Positions 25,211 to 37,935 of a stretch of 64,000 nt of DNA are shown one piece after another. A model generated the notes under the pieces. That model ran no database searches and had not been told where the DNA came from. It saw nothing but the letters and a program-made list of their open reading frames with translations. A program made the position numbers and the translations under genes. Location of the stretch: contig NC_043000.1 of assembly GCF_006345805.1 (NCBI RefSeq), positions 154,132,001 to 154,196,000 of the forward strand, given 5' to 3'. The stretch's first letter is position 1. The number at the start of each line of letters is the position of its first letter. The stretch comes from Octopus sinensis (Eukaryota).

Positions 25211-26217
25211 TATAACTGTTAAAGTGACTATTTTGGAGCAGTTCAGTTCGAATAAACTGTGGAAGGGGTAAGTAAAATCCAAACACAAAACATTTTACAA
25301 AGTTTAAAATTAATGCTGACTGGAATTACTACTATGAATTCTCAAGCTTTAAATGTAGTCGAATTTCTCATTCATGAATTTTGCGTCAATAAAAAGATCA
25401 AATATTATTTGGGTAATTAAGTGGTTCGCACCTTTACATTTCGGTAGCTATCGAAGACGAGGATTAATGTTAAGACTACCACACATAAACAGATTAAAAC
25501 ATAAGAAAAGAAATTATATTTTCTTTCTTCCAGGCCCACCGACTACTTGCAACAATCCTGAACAAGAAACACGAATGTCTTAAATTCTACTTGAGACGCT
25601 TCTTAAATCCTATTCATTTCTGTAATCTTTCTAGCATTCAATTTAACAAGCAGGATTTTAATTCTGTCGGGGAAATAGCGCGTCAAATTCTGTCATACCA
25701 TTGGAACAAAATTATATAATGGTAATTCAAAAAGTCTGCATAATGTGGAACAACAGCTGAAATTATAATAGTGGAACCCAAAATATAGGCTTTCTAATGA
25801 ATGCAATCATATACATACATATATATTTACGCATAAATATATACATCTACGCGACGCGCGTGTGTGTAAGTCTTCAATAAAATGAATGAAAAATTATAGC
25901 CATTCTCAACGGAAAATTTTTTAAAATGTACTTTAAAGATTTATGAAAATATTGGACTAAAATTTTGGCACGGGGCCAGTAGTTTCAGGGAGGAGACCAA
26001 GACGATTACATCGACCCCAATGCTCAACTGGTACTTATTTTATCGACTTCGACTGGATGAAAGGCAAGGTCGACCCCTGTTTTCATTTGAAATGCTGTTG
26101 AGCATTTTGCCCGGCGTGCTAACCATTCTGCCGGCTCGCTGACTCGATGTATGAATATACTGAACAGCAGCAGCAGCAGCAGCAGTAGCAGCAGCAGTAG
26201 TAGTAGTAGTAGTAGTA

Positions 26218-26602
26218 CGGCGAGCTGGCCGAATCGTTAGCGCGCTGTATGAAATGCTTAGTGGTATTTCGTCTGCCGTTACGTTATGAGTTCAAATTCC
26301 GCCGAGGTCGACTTTGCCTTTCATCCTTTCGGGGTCGATAAATTAAGTACCAGTTACGCACTGGGGTCGATGTAATGGACTTAATCATTTTGTTTGTCCC
26401 CTCTATGTTTAGCACCTTGTGGGTAGTAAAAAAATAGGTATTTCGTCTGCCGCTACGTTCTGGGTTCAAATTACGCCGAAGTCGACTTTACTTTTCATTC
26501 TTTCGGAGTTGATAACATAAGTACCAGTAGAACACTGGGGTCGATGTAATCGACTCATCCCATCCCCCAAAACTACTACCCTTGTGGAAAAATTTGAAAC
26601 CA
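26218..26602 (+). mobile_element. SINE family B multimer
   Basis: Head plus two body units. An older minus-strand copy lies at ~25960-26140. Confidence 0.85.
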
Positions 26603-26808
26603 TTATTATTTATTATTATCTTAAAAGGTACCATTGAATGTTGGTTACGATGCGACTATTTTAGCAAAATTCAATATTGTCATCTTCTACGTTTTGACCT
26701 TAAAGAACCAGAGTGACACATAAGCAGTGAATAGGAATAAGAACCAGTAAAGTTTATTTCATTATGGTAAAAGGAAGTGAGCACCAAAAATGAACATCAA
26801 AGAAATCT

Positions 26809-27212
26809 CTACTCTTTTACTCTTTTCAGTCATTTGACTGCGGCCATGCTGGAGCACCACCTTTAATCGAGCAAATCGACCCCGGGACTTATTCTTTGTA
26901 AGCCCAGTACTTATTCTATCGGTCTCTTTTGCTGAACCGCTAAGTGACGGGGACGTAAACACACCAGCATCGGTTGTCAAGCAATGCTAGGGGGACAAAC
27001 ACAGACACACAAACACATACACACACATACACATATATATATATACATATATACGACAGGCTTCTTTCAGTTTCCGTCTACCAAATCCACTCACAAGGCA
27101 TTGGTCGGCCCGGGGCTATAGCAGAAGACACTTGCCCAAGATGCCACGCAGTGGGACTGAACCCGGAACCATGTGGCTGGTTAGCAAGCTACTTACCACA
27201 CGGCCACTCCTG
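26809..27212 (-). mobile_element. SINE family A, full length
   Basis: Near-identical to the other copies. Confidence 0.92.
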
Positions 27213-27432
27213 ATGCTAGAAAATAATTTGTGTAATTAATTTTCAAATGTATTCTGATTCAATGCTTCGGAAAAGATTTTTAATTGTTTCATTTAATAAA
27301 GGGTGATGAATTTAGTGAACTCCAAAAGCTTTACTATTACATCACAGAAGAAGAAGTATCTTAGCTTTTTAAAAACACACACAAAACTGCAGTATTCACT
27401 TCCGTTAATTTCAAAATTAAAAAAATAATAAT

Positions 27433-27817
27433 AGTAAGTAGCTTGCTAACCAACCATATGGTTCCGGGTTCAGTCCCACTACGTGGCATCTTGGGCAAGT
27501 GTCTTCTGTTATAGCCCCGAGCCGACCAATGCCTTGTGAGTGGATTTGGTAGACGGAAACTGAGAGAAGCCTGTCGTATATATGTATATATATATGTGTG
27601 TGTGTGTGTGTATGTGTTTGTCTCCCTAGCATTGCTTGACAACCGATGCTGGTGTGTTTACGTCCCCGTCACTTAGCGGTTCGGCAAAAGAGACCGATAG
27701 AATAAGTACTGGGCTTACAAAGAATAAGTTCCGGGGTCGATTTGCTCGACTAAAGGCGGTGCTCCAGCATGGCCGCAGTCAAATGACTGAAACAAGTAAA
27801 AGAGTAAAGAGTAAGAG
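27433..27817 (+). mobile_element. SINE family A
   Basis: Near-identical to the other copies; (AAGAGTA)n tail. Confidence 0.92.
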
Positions 27818-27819
27818 TA

Positions 27820-28280
27820 ATGAAATTATTGTATACAGTGCTCAGGTCAACCACAACTTGTCAGACAGTGCGTATAAAGCATGTGCAGTAATGTACAAAT
27901 GTCTGGAAAGCGAACAATGCATGAGTCAGATACATGCTTGTGTGTGTATGGAGGGGAGAAAATCAGGTGTAGTGTTGGCGAATCTCAGAAAGCATGGAAG
28001 TTTTGAAGGATGCAGTGCTCCGACAACTAACAACTGATGCCGGCAGTTTGTTCCATGCTTCAGCAACTCTTAGCATGAAAAAAATTTTTCCAAAAGTCAT
28101 GGGAGCTGTGCTGCTTTCTGACTTTGTAAACATGTCCATGGGTGTTAGACAGGTGGAGTTTGAAAAGGTGCTCAGAGTTATTGTTCGTAAGATGGTTGAT
28201 AATTTTATGGGTGTCTACCAAGTCAGCTGCCAGACGTCGGAGTTTCAATGTATCCATGCCCATTATTTCATAATAGTACA
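27820..28280 (-). mobile_element. CR1-clade LINE 3' end
   Basis: ORF 28060-28314 gives GMDTLKLRRLAADLVDTHKII..NTHGHVYKV..KNFF (cf. the CR1 C-terminal LExRRLRxDL..TRGHxxKL). Confidence 0.85.
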
Positions 28281-28882
28281 GTCTGATACGAAGCATCACA
28301 AAGTTTCGTCGCATTTTGTAATAGCTAATATTATTGAGAAATAAACGAAAAGTGATTGTAATAGCTTCTGTGTGTCTTTAAATAGCTAAAATTGCATTTC
28401 TTATTATGAAATTGTTTCAATTGCAACACCAAATCCCCTACCAAACAGATAAAATTCAAAAATATGTTATTTCTAAATAGGAACAGAATTTTACATTATC
28501 ATTAACAAGAGTAAGAACATAGTAAACCTAAATCAGTTTCCAGAATTTCGTTCAGGCAAGAGAGATTTTGATTATTTTCTCTCTTATACAAGTTCCAGAT
28601 ATTGGATTAAAACATTGAGTGTAAGGGGGAATAACTCAGTCGGGCATGAATAACACTTTCTATTTTGTTCTAATATATCATTTCTCACACACTTTCCGTC
28701 GACCAAATTTCATTCACAAAGTGTTAGGTGACCCAATTCTAAGGAAGAAACCACTTGTCCGAAGTACTGCTCAGCTGGATTAAGTCACAAAACAACTCAG
28801 TGACATGACGAAGTTCTTATCACACTAGTAAGCCTTACAAATCATTTTGAACTGAATACCATATAAAATTTTAAATTCTTTA

Positions 28883-29279
28883 TCTTTATATATAAAAGTG
28901 AAGTTGTGTGTCTGTCTCCTTCGATTTAGATTCCTAACTCCTCCCACATTTTGCGGTGCAGTTTAACCAAAAGCGGGTATCTTATAGTCGTGATTCATAT
29001 CGAGCCCTTCTGGGTATTAGCGCGCATCTACGATGAGTCTACGATTTTAAAAATAATTTACCATCATTTTTTTCCATTTTAATGCATTTTTTCGCTATTA
29101 TATAAGGGAAGTAACTCTCTAAAAATGTCTACGATGAGTCAACGATTTTTAAAAAAATTTACTATCATTTTTTTTCCATTTTTAATGCATTTTTTGCTAC
29201 TTTTTGGCTATAACTCTCTAAAAATGCTTATATAGTTATTTCCCTTACAAACCCGAGCAACGCCGGGCGATACTGCTAG
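28883..29279 (+). mobile_element. Non-autonomous Helitron
   Basis: TC start, hairpin, CTAG end, A/T target site. Confidence 0.85.
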
Positions 29280-29502
29280 TTATTTATAAATGACCAGACC
29301 TGCTCTCTTTCAACGTATTTAAAAAATAGAATAAATTTGTGTGTGTATATCGAGAAAAACGGAGGAAGTCAGAATTTTGGATAATTCTTTTATTATTAGC
29401 GCTTTCATTCGTTCAAACAACTGTAATGAATTGAAATGGAAACAACTGTAATGAATTGACACCTGTCCATCGTTCGTTATTTATTTATTTATTTATTTAT
29501 GA

Positions 29503-29904
29503 CTAGCAGTATCGCCCGGCGTTGCTCGGGTTTGTAAGGGAAATAACTATATAAGCATTTTTAGAGAGTTATAGCCAAAAAATAGCAAAAAAATGCATTA
29601 AAAATGGGAAAAAAATGATGGTAAATTTTTTCAAAAATCGTTGACTCATCGTAGACATTTTTAGAGAGTTACTTCCTTTATATAATAGCGAAAAAATGCA
29701 TTAAAATGGAAAAAAATGATGGTAAATTTTTTTTTAAATCGTAGACTCATCGTAGACGCGCGCTAATACCCAGAAGGGCTCGATATGAATCACGACTATA
29801 AGATACCCGGTTTTGGTTAAACTGCACCGCAAAATGTGAGAGTAGTTAGGAATCTAACTCGTAGGAGACAGACACTCACACAACTTCACTTTTATATATA
29901 AAGA
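29503..29904 (-). mobile_element. Non-autonomous Helitron
   Basis: Reverse complement of 28883-29279. Confidence 0.85.
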
Positions 29905-30002
29905 TTAACCTCTCTCAGAACCTGCTCCTCGCGAGTTCGGAAGAATTTATGGACCGGATATTTAATACAATCTGCGTTTCTAGATTAGCCCAAAGGCTGA
30001 TA

Positions 30003-30127
30003 GGTTCCGGGTTCATTCTCACTGCGTGGCACCTTGGGTAAGTGTCTTCTACTATAGCCTCGGGTCGACCAAAGCCTTGTGAGTGGATTTGGTAGACGGG
30101 AACTGAAAGAAGCCCGTCGTATATATG

Positions 30128-30172
<45 letters not shown>

Positions 30173-30745
30173 TTGTGTGTCTGTGTTTGTCCCTCCAACA
30201 TCGCTTAACAACCGATGGTGGTGTGTTTATGTCCCCGTAACTTTGTGGTTCGGCAAAAGAGACCGATAGAATAAGTACTAGGCTTCCAAAGAATAAGTCC
30301 TGGGGTCGCTATGCTCGACTAAAGGCAGTGCTCCAGCATGGCCGCAGTCAAATGACTGAAACAAGTAAAATAAAAGAAAAAGAGAAATATATATATATAT
30401 ATATGACAGGTTTCATTCAGTAGAAGACACCCGCCAAAAGTGCCACACAGTGGGACTGAATCCGGAATTATGTGGTTTTGTATGTATGTATGTATGTATG
30501 TATGTATGTATGTATGCATGTATGTATGTATATGCGTGCCTTTGTGTTGTGTTTGTTTCCCACACACCGCTTGACAACTAGTGTTGAGTTGTTTCTATCC
30601 TTGTAAATTAAAAAATTCGGTAAAAAAAAAAGGTTGATAGAGTAAATACCAGACTTTGAGATCGATTTGTTCGACTAAACCCTTCAAGGCGATGCCCCAG
30701 CATGGCCACATTGCAATAACTGAAACAAGTAAAAGATAAAAGATT
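30003..30745 (+). mobile_element. SINE family A plus older A-like fragments
   Basis: An A copy at ~30003-30383 and degenerate A-like pieces at 30405-30745. Confidence 0.85.
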
Positions 30746-30959
30746 CTAGCTGTGATAAAACATGTCACTTTAATTCAGAGCAATTTTTACGATTCTGAAA
30801 ACGATAGAATTTAGGTGGGTTTTTTTTTTATTATTTTACGTTTGGTGAATCTGGAAGAAGAGGCAGAACCCATGACTTTTGCAGGCCTTCATGGACCAAT
30901 GAGTTTGAAGCCTTTAGTGTCCCGTTTATTCTGTTACAAGTCCAACACTTTCAGGATAG

Positions 30960-32370
30960 AGATAAAGAGTGGGGAGATTCCAAAGGACCGACGTTCTGGG
31001 GAGGAAGTACTGAACATAAAAGTCGGTGCGTTGCCGAAGGGGCTAGACGTAACAAGGGTGACAAGAGGTTGAGAGACGGATGGGTCGAGCGATACCTGAA
31101 TGGAAGAGGCCATTATAGCACCGATAGAAAATACTGAGAAAGGGGAAAGATCTTCGCGATAGACTCAGCTAACAACTGGATCCGCCTCATACACGACAAC
31201 AGCTGTTCGACGTTGCTAAACATATCAGCAATACTCGGACACTGAACGAGTGCAGTTTCTTCGTTCTGCTTGCATTTTGGACAGGTCAAACTTGACAGCA
31301 CTTCTGTCTATGTTGAGTTAGTCTCCAACCAGCAATACCCCCAGCCAGGTAGCACTGTCAAACTAGGTTTTTGGAAATCATCCATAGCTCTAGTTCCTGA
31401 GTCGAACGTTCTTAGGAAGAGATCACCCAGTTGATTCTCATTAAAAGATGCCCTGGAAAGGTCGTCTCTCTCTCTTTCCACCACAAGTCCTCTATAGAAT
31501 ATCAGAATGGAAAATCCAACGACCGCATTATCCAACTTGCAGAGGGCTGTGAACACCTGACAGTGTTACAGATGCCAGTCACCCAGTCTTAGTCTCAACT
31601 TGACCCCAAACTGCAGCTCCGTCAGAGAGACAAGCTGAGAGATGTGCCTAACTAAAAAAGCACACCTACTCTCCGTCAAGGAATCAATAAATATCAGCAG
31701 CCACGGTATACGAAGCCCTCTGTGCCGGGGATATTCACACTAGATAGACCTCCTCACTAATGGAACGGGGCCCTTCAACAGGAACCAAAAGAACAAACTC
31801 TCCAGTTTGTTCAAGTAAAAGCTAGAGCAAGGCATGTCAGACGAGCAGTAATATATAATGAAGGTGATGTAAGCATTCGCCACCGCTGCTCGGCCTTTCA
31901 AGACGGCCTGGGCCGAAACGAATCGTAAGCGCCTTAATAACATCATCCCTCTAGGTCCCCACAACACTGTATGACGGTATGGACTTGCCTCTCTAGGTGC
32001 CGAACTGTAATCCACCGACAATCCTGGTTAATTTTTGGTCGTGTTGAATGATAAGGATTACCTCGATTTCTGTTATGTTCGACATTAGGATGACATCGTC
32101 CGCATATGCCGACACAGCTCTTCTTTTCAGTTCAAACTGAATTCCCCTCAGCAACTCCAATTTTCGCAGTAGCTACTCGAGAGTTAGTACATATAGAAAA
32201 GATGAGATAGGACACTTTTGATGGGATGAGCACGTGGTCTGAAACGGTTCCGATTGGTAGCCATTTACTCTGACCACAGAACAGATGCCGCTCTACATTG
32301 AAACGATACAGACCATGAAGAGAGGAAAGAAACCGGTTGGTTTGAGGATAGCTGCTATGTAGTGATGATA
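30960..32370 (-). mobile_element. Degenerate L1/Tx1-clade LINE ORF2 (RT to C-terminal CCHC region)
   Basis: Minus strand gives HQKCPISSFLYVLTLE*LLRKLE (cf. QGCPLSPLLY), AVSAYADDVIL (~32085-32118), LKGRAAVAN and CPKCKQNEET..CP. Confidence 0.85.
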
Positions 32371-32652
32371 TCGATATGTGACAACTATTTCAAACATCGC
32401 CAAAGTGTTTACTAAAACTCCCTGAAATGTTATAAATGTTACAGAATCACATTAGCAAATGAACAATCGTATTTAAAATGGTTCAAATTAAAGATTCATT
32501 CTCAGAATTAAAATAATTCAGATTTTAAAGAAGATCTTTAAATTGGAAGCCAGACAGATAAAATTTGCAACACGTCATTGGTTTCATCTCAGACAAAAAT
32601 TACTATTTTTTTATTCTGAATATCTTGTGACTATCTTTAAAATAATAAGTCA

Positions 32653-32686
<34 letters not shown>

Positions 32687-32875
32687 AGACAGCTAAAAAA
32701 CAAACACGTGGATCCTGTTGAGACCAGTAAGAAACAATTATGAACTTTTTTATTACACTCAACTTGAAATTTATAGCTATTATACCTACTACCGACAAAA
32801 CACCACCACATGCATTCTATTGAGACCAGTAAGAAACAATTATGAACTTTTCTATTACACTTAACTTTTTAAAAT

Positions 32876-32920
32876 ATTTTTGATAAGGTTCGTTTTTTCA
32901 AGAACCGAAACATGTAAAAT
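32876..32920 (+). ncRNA. Minimal type I hammerhead motif with compensatory U3-A8 core
   Basis: ATTT-TTGATAA-GGTTC gttttttcaa GAACC-GAAAC-AT-GTA-AAAT; stem III is the palindrome ACATGT. Confidence 0.6.
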
Positions 32921-32974
32921 TTCTAAGAAAATTAAAATTTATCTAATATAGTGACGTTTTCAAACTTCTTCTTT

Positions 32975-33005
<31 letters not shown>

Positions 33006-33007
<2 letters not shown>

Positions 33008-33080
33008 ACATTTCAGGGACTGATTCATTAAAAAAAAATCTTAGATTTCAAAGTCACTGACTTTCACCGTTTTAAATTCG

Positions 33081-33113
<33 letters not shown>

Positions 33114-33213
33114 ATATATAATATATATATATATATATCGAATTTAAAACGGTGAAAGTCAGTGACTTTGAAATCTAAGATTTTTTTTTAATGAATCAGT
33201 CCCTGAAATGTTA
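33006..33213. repeat. Perfect 75-bp inverted repeat with (TA)n spacer
   Basis: 33006-33080 is the exact reverse complement of 33139-33213. Confidence 0.95.
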
Positions 33214-33869
33214 GCCGAATAATATACTTGTTTTAATTTAGCCTTGTCTGTGACTGAGAAACTAATATTGGTTTATGGATATTAAAGATTCTTCGTATTT
33301 TGTAAGTACCATTAAAAATATATATATTCTTCACGATTGTGGCAATATTGATAAAATAACTTGGGTGGGGTTGAATCGAGATAGTTTTTCCATTATACAC
33401 TTCCTAAAGTGGAGAAACAAGCTGGGTTTTATGGATAACATGCTTTCCAGATGGTATTTGGAATTACATTACTGACTGAATATTTTATTCATGAAGAGAC
33501 GTTTTCAAGAACGAAAAAAGAAACAGTAATAAAGCTTAAATTCAGTATTTCCTGAATACAATACTTTTGTGAATATATACTTAAAATAATTTTTTTAAAA
33601 AGGTTATCAATATTATGTACAAACTGTCCAAAATGATTTCCTCCCAAATGAAAAGTTAGATAAAGGTTTCTCAGTCTGGGTAAAACTAATTCCTCCACTT
33701 CTACTATACTTTTCAAATCTTTGAAACTAAATAATTCCATGGAGAATTGTAGGAGGTCTTATCAGCTAACCGTGAAATTGCTTTCAATAGTGTAAAACAT
33801 GAGGTCAGAGGACCAGTTCAGTGTACACTACCATAATTTCAGACAAACACTCAGTTACATAAAATATTG

Positions 33870-34527
33870 GCTTCGAATTTTAACTGAAGGCCAGCAAGCT
33901 CGAGGAAAGGATTAATTTGAGTACTTATTTTATGGTCCCCGGAAGGCTGAAAGGCAACATCGACCTCAGCGGAATTTGAACTCAGAACGTAAAGACGAAC
34001 GAAGTTACGTGAAATATTAAAGATGGATCAAAGTGATGGTTTAGAAAAACCAAGACAATAAATAAAACATCTTAACAGCAAACCACGAATATCTATTTCT
34101 TTACTACCCACAAGGGGCTAAACACAGAGGGGACAAACAAGGACAAACAAACGGATTACGTCGATTATAACGGGTACTTAATTTATCGACTCCGAAAGGA
34201 TGAAAGGCAAAGTCGACCTCGACGGAATTTGAACACAGAACGTAGAGACAGGCGAAATACTGCTCAGCATTTCGCCCAGCGTGCTAACGTTTCTTATTTC
34301 TTTATTGCCCACAAGGGGCGAAACATAGAGGGGACAAACAAGGACAGACAAAGAGATTAAGTCGATTACATCGACCCCAGTGCGTAACTGGTATTTAATT
34401 TATCGACCCCGAAAGGATGAAAGGCAAAATCGACCTCGGCGGAATTTGAACTCAGAACGTAATGGCAGACGAAATACTGCTAAGCATTTCGCCCGGCGTG
34501 CTAACGTTTCTGCCAGCTCGCCGCCTT
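33870..34527 (-). mobile_element. SINE family B multimer and older B copy
   Basis: Head at ~34527 with repeated bodies. ACGAATATC flanks both sides of the young insertion. Confidence 0.88.
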
Positions 34528-35380
34528 GCGAACTACGAATATCATAACAGTGTGGTTAAAAAATTTGCTTCGCAGCTTTGGGTTTCAAGTTCGATCCTTC
34601 TGCACAGTACCTTTGGCAATTGCGTCCTACCATAACATGAGATCAATGAAATCTGCAAGACAGGAACAGAATGCAACTTTGTCAAAAGGATCGTTCTTAT
34701 TCTGAGTGTTGGACAATCAGTCCCTCGGTTTAACGCAATATGATCCTTGGAGCCTTTAAAGGTATTAACTCTGTTGAAGGCTTTCGACCAAATCATCGAT
34801 CTGAATATAACTTTCTCATTTCCACCTATGGTTCTCGAAGACCGAGATAAAAGAGTCAGATGTGCTGCCAGTTAACCTCTGAATAATTTTTAAAATCCAT
34901 AAAAAAAAAAGGTCGATAGAGTAAGCACCAGACTTTGAGATCGATTTGTTCGACTAAACCTTTCAAGGCGACGCCCCAGCATGGCCACATTGCAATAACT
35001 GAAACAAGTAAAAGATAAAAGATACTAGCTGCGATAAAACATATCACTTTAATTCAGAGCAATTTTTTAAAATTATTTTACGTTTGGTGAATCTGGAAGA
35101 ATAGGTAAAGCCCATGACTTTTGCAGGCCTTCATGGACCAGTAATTTGAAGCCTTTAATGTCCCGTTTATTCTGTTACAAGTCCAACACTTTCAGGATAG
35201 GCATGAAGAGTGGGTTAGGGTTAGTTCCAAATACAAGTACTACCTGAACAGTAATGTTAACCAAATGAAAATAATACTTCGGAACTATATATTGTTGCTA
35301 TTGTATTAAACTGTCGTATGTCCAAATTTGGCCAAATACGTTTTTTTCCAATATTTAATTTCGATTTCAGTAGCCAATTT

Positions 35381-36012
35381 GGATCTTTTCCTTTTGAGCG
35401 GCAGATGTCAACGCAATTTCTAGTTAACTAAACAATTTTAAAATTCGTATACTGGTAGAATCTGTTTATAAAACATCATTTTCTCTTGTTTTTTTTTTTG
35501 AGAAAATTCTATAGTTTGTAAGATATTTCGTCTGAAAATCCGAGCATTTCGGCAATTTTAACCAATCGATTACCTCCATTCAACTAAAATCATTTGCTGC
35601 GTCTAAAACTGAGACAACATCCTGCAGCTAACCTTAAACCTCCCCCTAACCCTAAATTTTTTTCTTAATTGTTAAATTAATTTAATTCCATTGCTTTAGT
35701 TTTTTTACACGCGTAACAATTAAATTAATTTAACAATTAAGAAAAAAAAAGTTAGGGTTAGGGTTAGGGGGAGGTTTAGGGTTAGTTACAGGATGTTGTC
35801 TCAGTTTTAGACGCAGCAAATGATTTTAGCTCAAAAGAGAGCATAGGATTGGTTAAAATTCGAAAAATTAAACTACGTTAAACAAACAAATTACAATTTT
35901 CTCAAGAAAGCCAAGAGAAAAAATGTTTTATTTTGACACATTCTACCAGTATACGAAGTTTTAAAGTGTTTAGTTAACTAGAAATTGTCTGCCGTTCAAA
36001 AGGAAAAGATCC
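35381..36012. mobile_element. Foldback MITE, probably Merlin-type, with internal TTAGGG repeats
   Basis: Termini GGATCTTTTCCTTTTGAGCGGCAG and CTGCCGTTCAAAAGGAAAAGATCC; the arms pair almost to the centre. Flanks GCCAATTT and GCCAGTTC form a 6/8 degenerate TSD. Confidence 0.75.
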
Positions 36013-36772
36013 GCCAGTTCTTTTGGTCAAACAATCATATCTCCAGCTGTTTTCAGATATGAAAATTGTCAAAGTGTAGTACAACGGTTTAGCATTTTTC
36101 AAAACTGTAGTAAGTCCCACATACGACAGTTTTGCAAAGATATTTCTGACTGAAAATATCATACATGCATGGAAATACTATTTTACGCGCCCAATAAAGT
36201 ATTATTGTTATGATGAAACTGTTGCTAATGTAAAAAGAAATGGAATGGTGAAACTATTTTTTCATCATTTTCTGAAAAAACAACATTTTGGACTTGCGAC
36301 ACTTTTGCATAATAGCAACGATTAGTTTAGGGAGGGATTTGATTATAGCAATTAATTTTAATTCCAAAACCTGTTTGTTTTGGAGGGGTTTTTTGTGGCT
36401 GGCGATATGAATGAATCTATTCTTGGTGCTTTCAAATGACTGATTTGAAAATCAGAACTGAATTTCTTTCAAAAATTATATATATACTCTCATAGTGGTA
36501 AATTATATGATTATTGACGATTTGTCTATTTTCGGCATATTTGGCATTAGAATTTTTTTTCTTTTGCCCTTGTTTATAAGTTGTATTTATATATATATAA
36601 ATATATATATATTATGGCTGACGATTAGCATCGCGCTTAAAACTCAAAAGTACCAACGAATTTGAATCAAACTGTTTTGATCCATACATGTAACTCCTAA
36701 TAAATTAGTTGAGTGCCCTTCTTTCGTTTGTCCACTCATTCGTATATATACATGTGTGTGTGTGTGTGTGTA

Positions 36773-37935
36773 TTGGGTCATCCCATAAATAATGCAGTTT
36801 TTAAAACTTTTTTCATTTTTCAAAATTAAGATAAACAAAGTTCCTTTTTAATCTAAAATATACTCTCCTTCATTTTTTTACAATGCTCTTCCTTCTATCT
36901 GCTAGACTTGCAAGGCCCCTCATCCAACATTCACTTGTCCGTGACAAAAAATACTCCCCTAGTACTGTTCTGACCTCGTCTACAGAATTCATATTTTTTC
37001 CGTCCAAATGATTTTGAAGACTACGGAATAAATGATAATCAGATGGGGCAATGTCCGGCGAATATGGTAGGTAGGGCATCGTTTCTCATTCAAACTGCTC
37101 CGGCTTTTGAAATGTCTTCCTCGCTGTATGTGGCCAAGCATTATCCTGATGGAAGAACACCTTTCATTTGAAACCAAAGTTAGTCGTTTTCCTTCTAGCA
37201 ATGACTCAAGCCGCTCAAGCTGCTCGCAGTAGATCTCTTTTGTTATCGTTTGGTTTGGATTTTAAACTTCAGAGTGGACTAAACCTTTCATACCCCACCG
37301 AACAGATAAACAACTCCTTACGTGGATGAACCCTTCTTTAGCCTTGGGTCCCAGTGTTTCTCTTTTCACTGTCTTCTGCGCTTGATATTTTTATGGAGAA
37401 CCCATTTCTCGTCACCAGTCACTATTCGGTCCAAAAGCGGTTCAGTCGTGAGATTTTGATAGCAAAGAAGAGCACACATTTACTCTCTGCGCGCGATTAG
37501 ACTCGGAAAGTTCGTAAGGAACCCATTGACCCAATTTGCTGACTTTTCCGATGGCGTGCATGTTTCGATGAATGGTTGAACGACCAAATCAAAGCTTCTC
37601 TACTAGTTCCTCAACAGTTACGATGGGATTTTGTTCCACCAGGGTTTGCAGGATGTCCTTGTCAAGCTCTACAAATCTTCCAGGACGAGACTCGTCTTCT
37701 AGGCTGTAGTTTCCAGCTCGGAATTTCTGGAACCACTGTTGACACTGGCTTACGCTTATTGTCCGATCCCCATATACTGCATTAATATTCCTCTCACTTA
37801 ACGTTGTGTTGTTGCCTTTATTGAACTCATAAAGCAAAATATGCTAAATATGCTCCTTTGTCACATCCATTATAGCTTTGAAAAAATAACTGTTAAAATC
37901 GAATTCCAATCTTCAAAACTTGCGCTAAGAATAAG
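36773..37935 (-). mobile_element. Mariner (Mos1/SETMAR-like) transposase pseudogene with 3' TIR
   Basis: MLYEFNKG..WFQKFRAGNYSLEDESRPGR (HTH), VTGDEKWV, YSPDIAPSDYHLF. The TIR TTGGGTCATCCCATAAATAATGCAGTTTT follows a TA. Confidence 0.92.
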
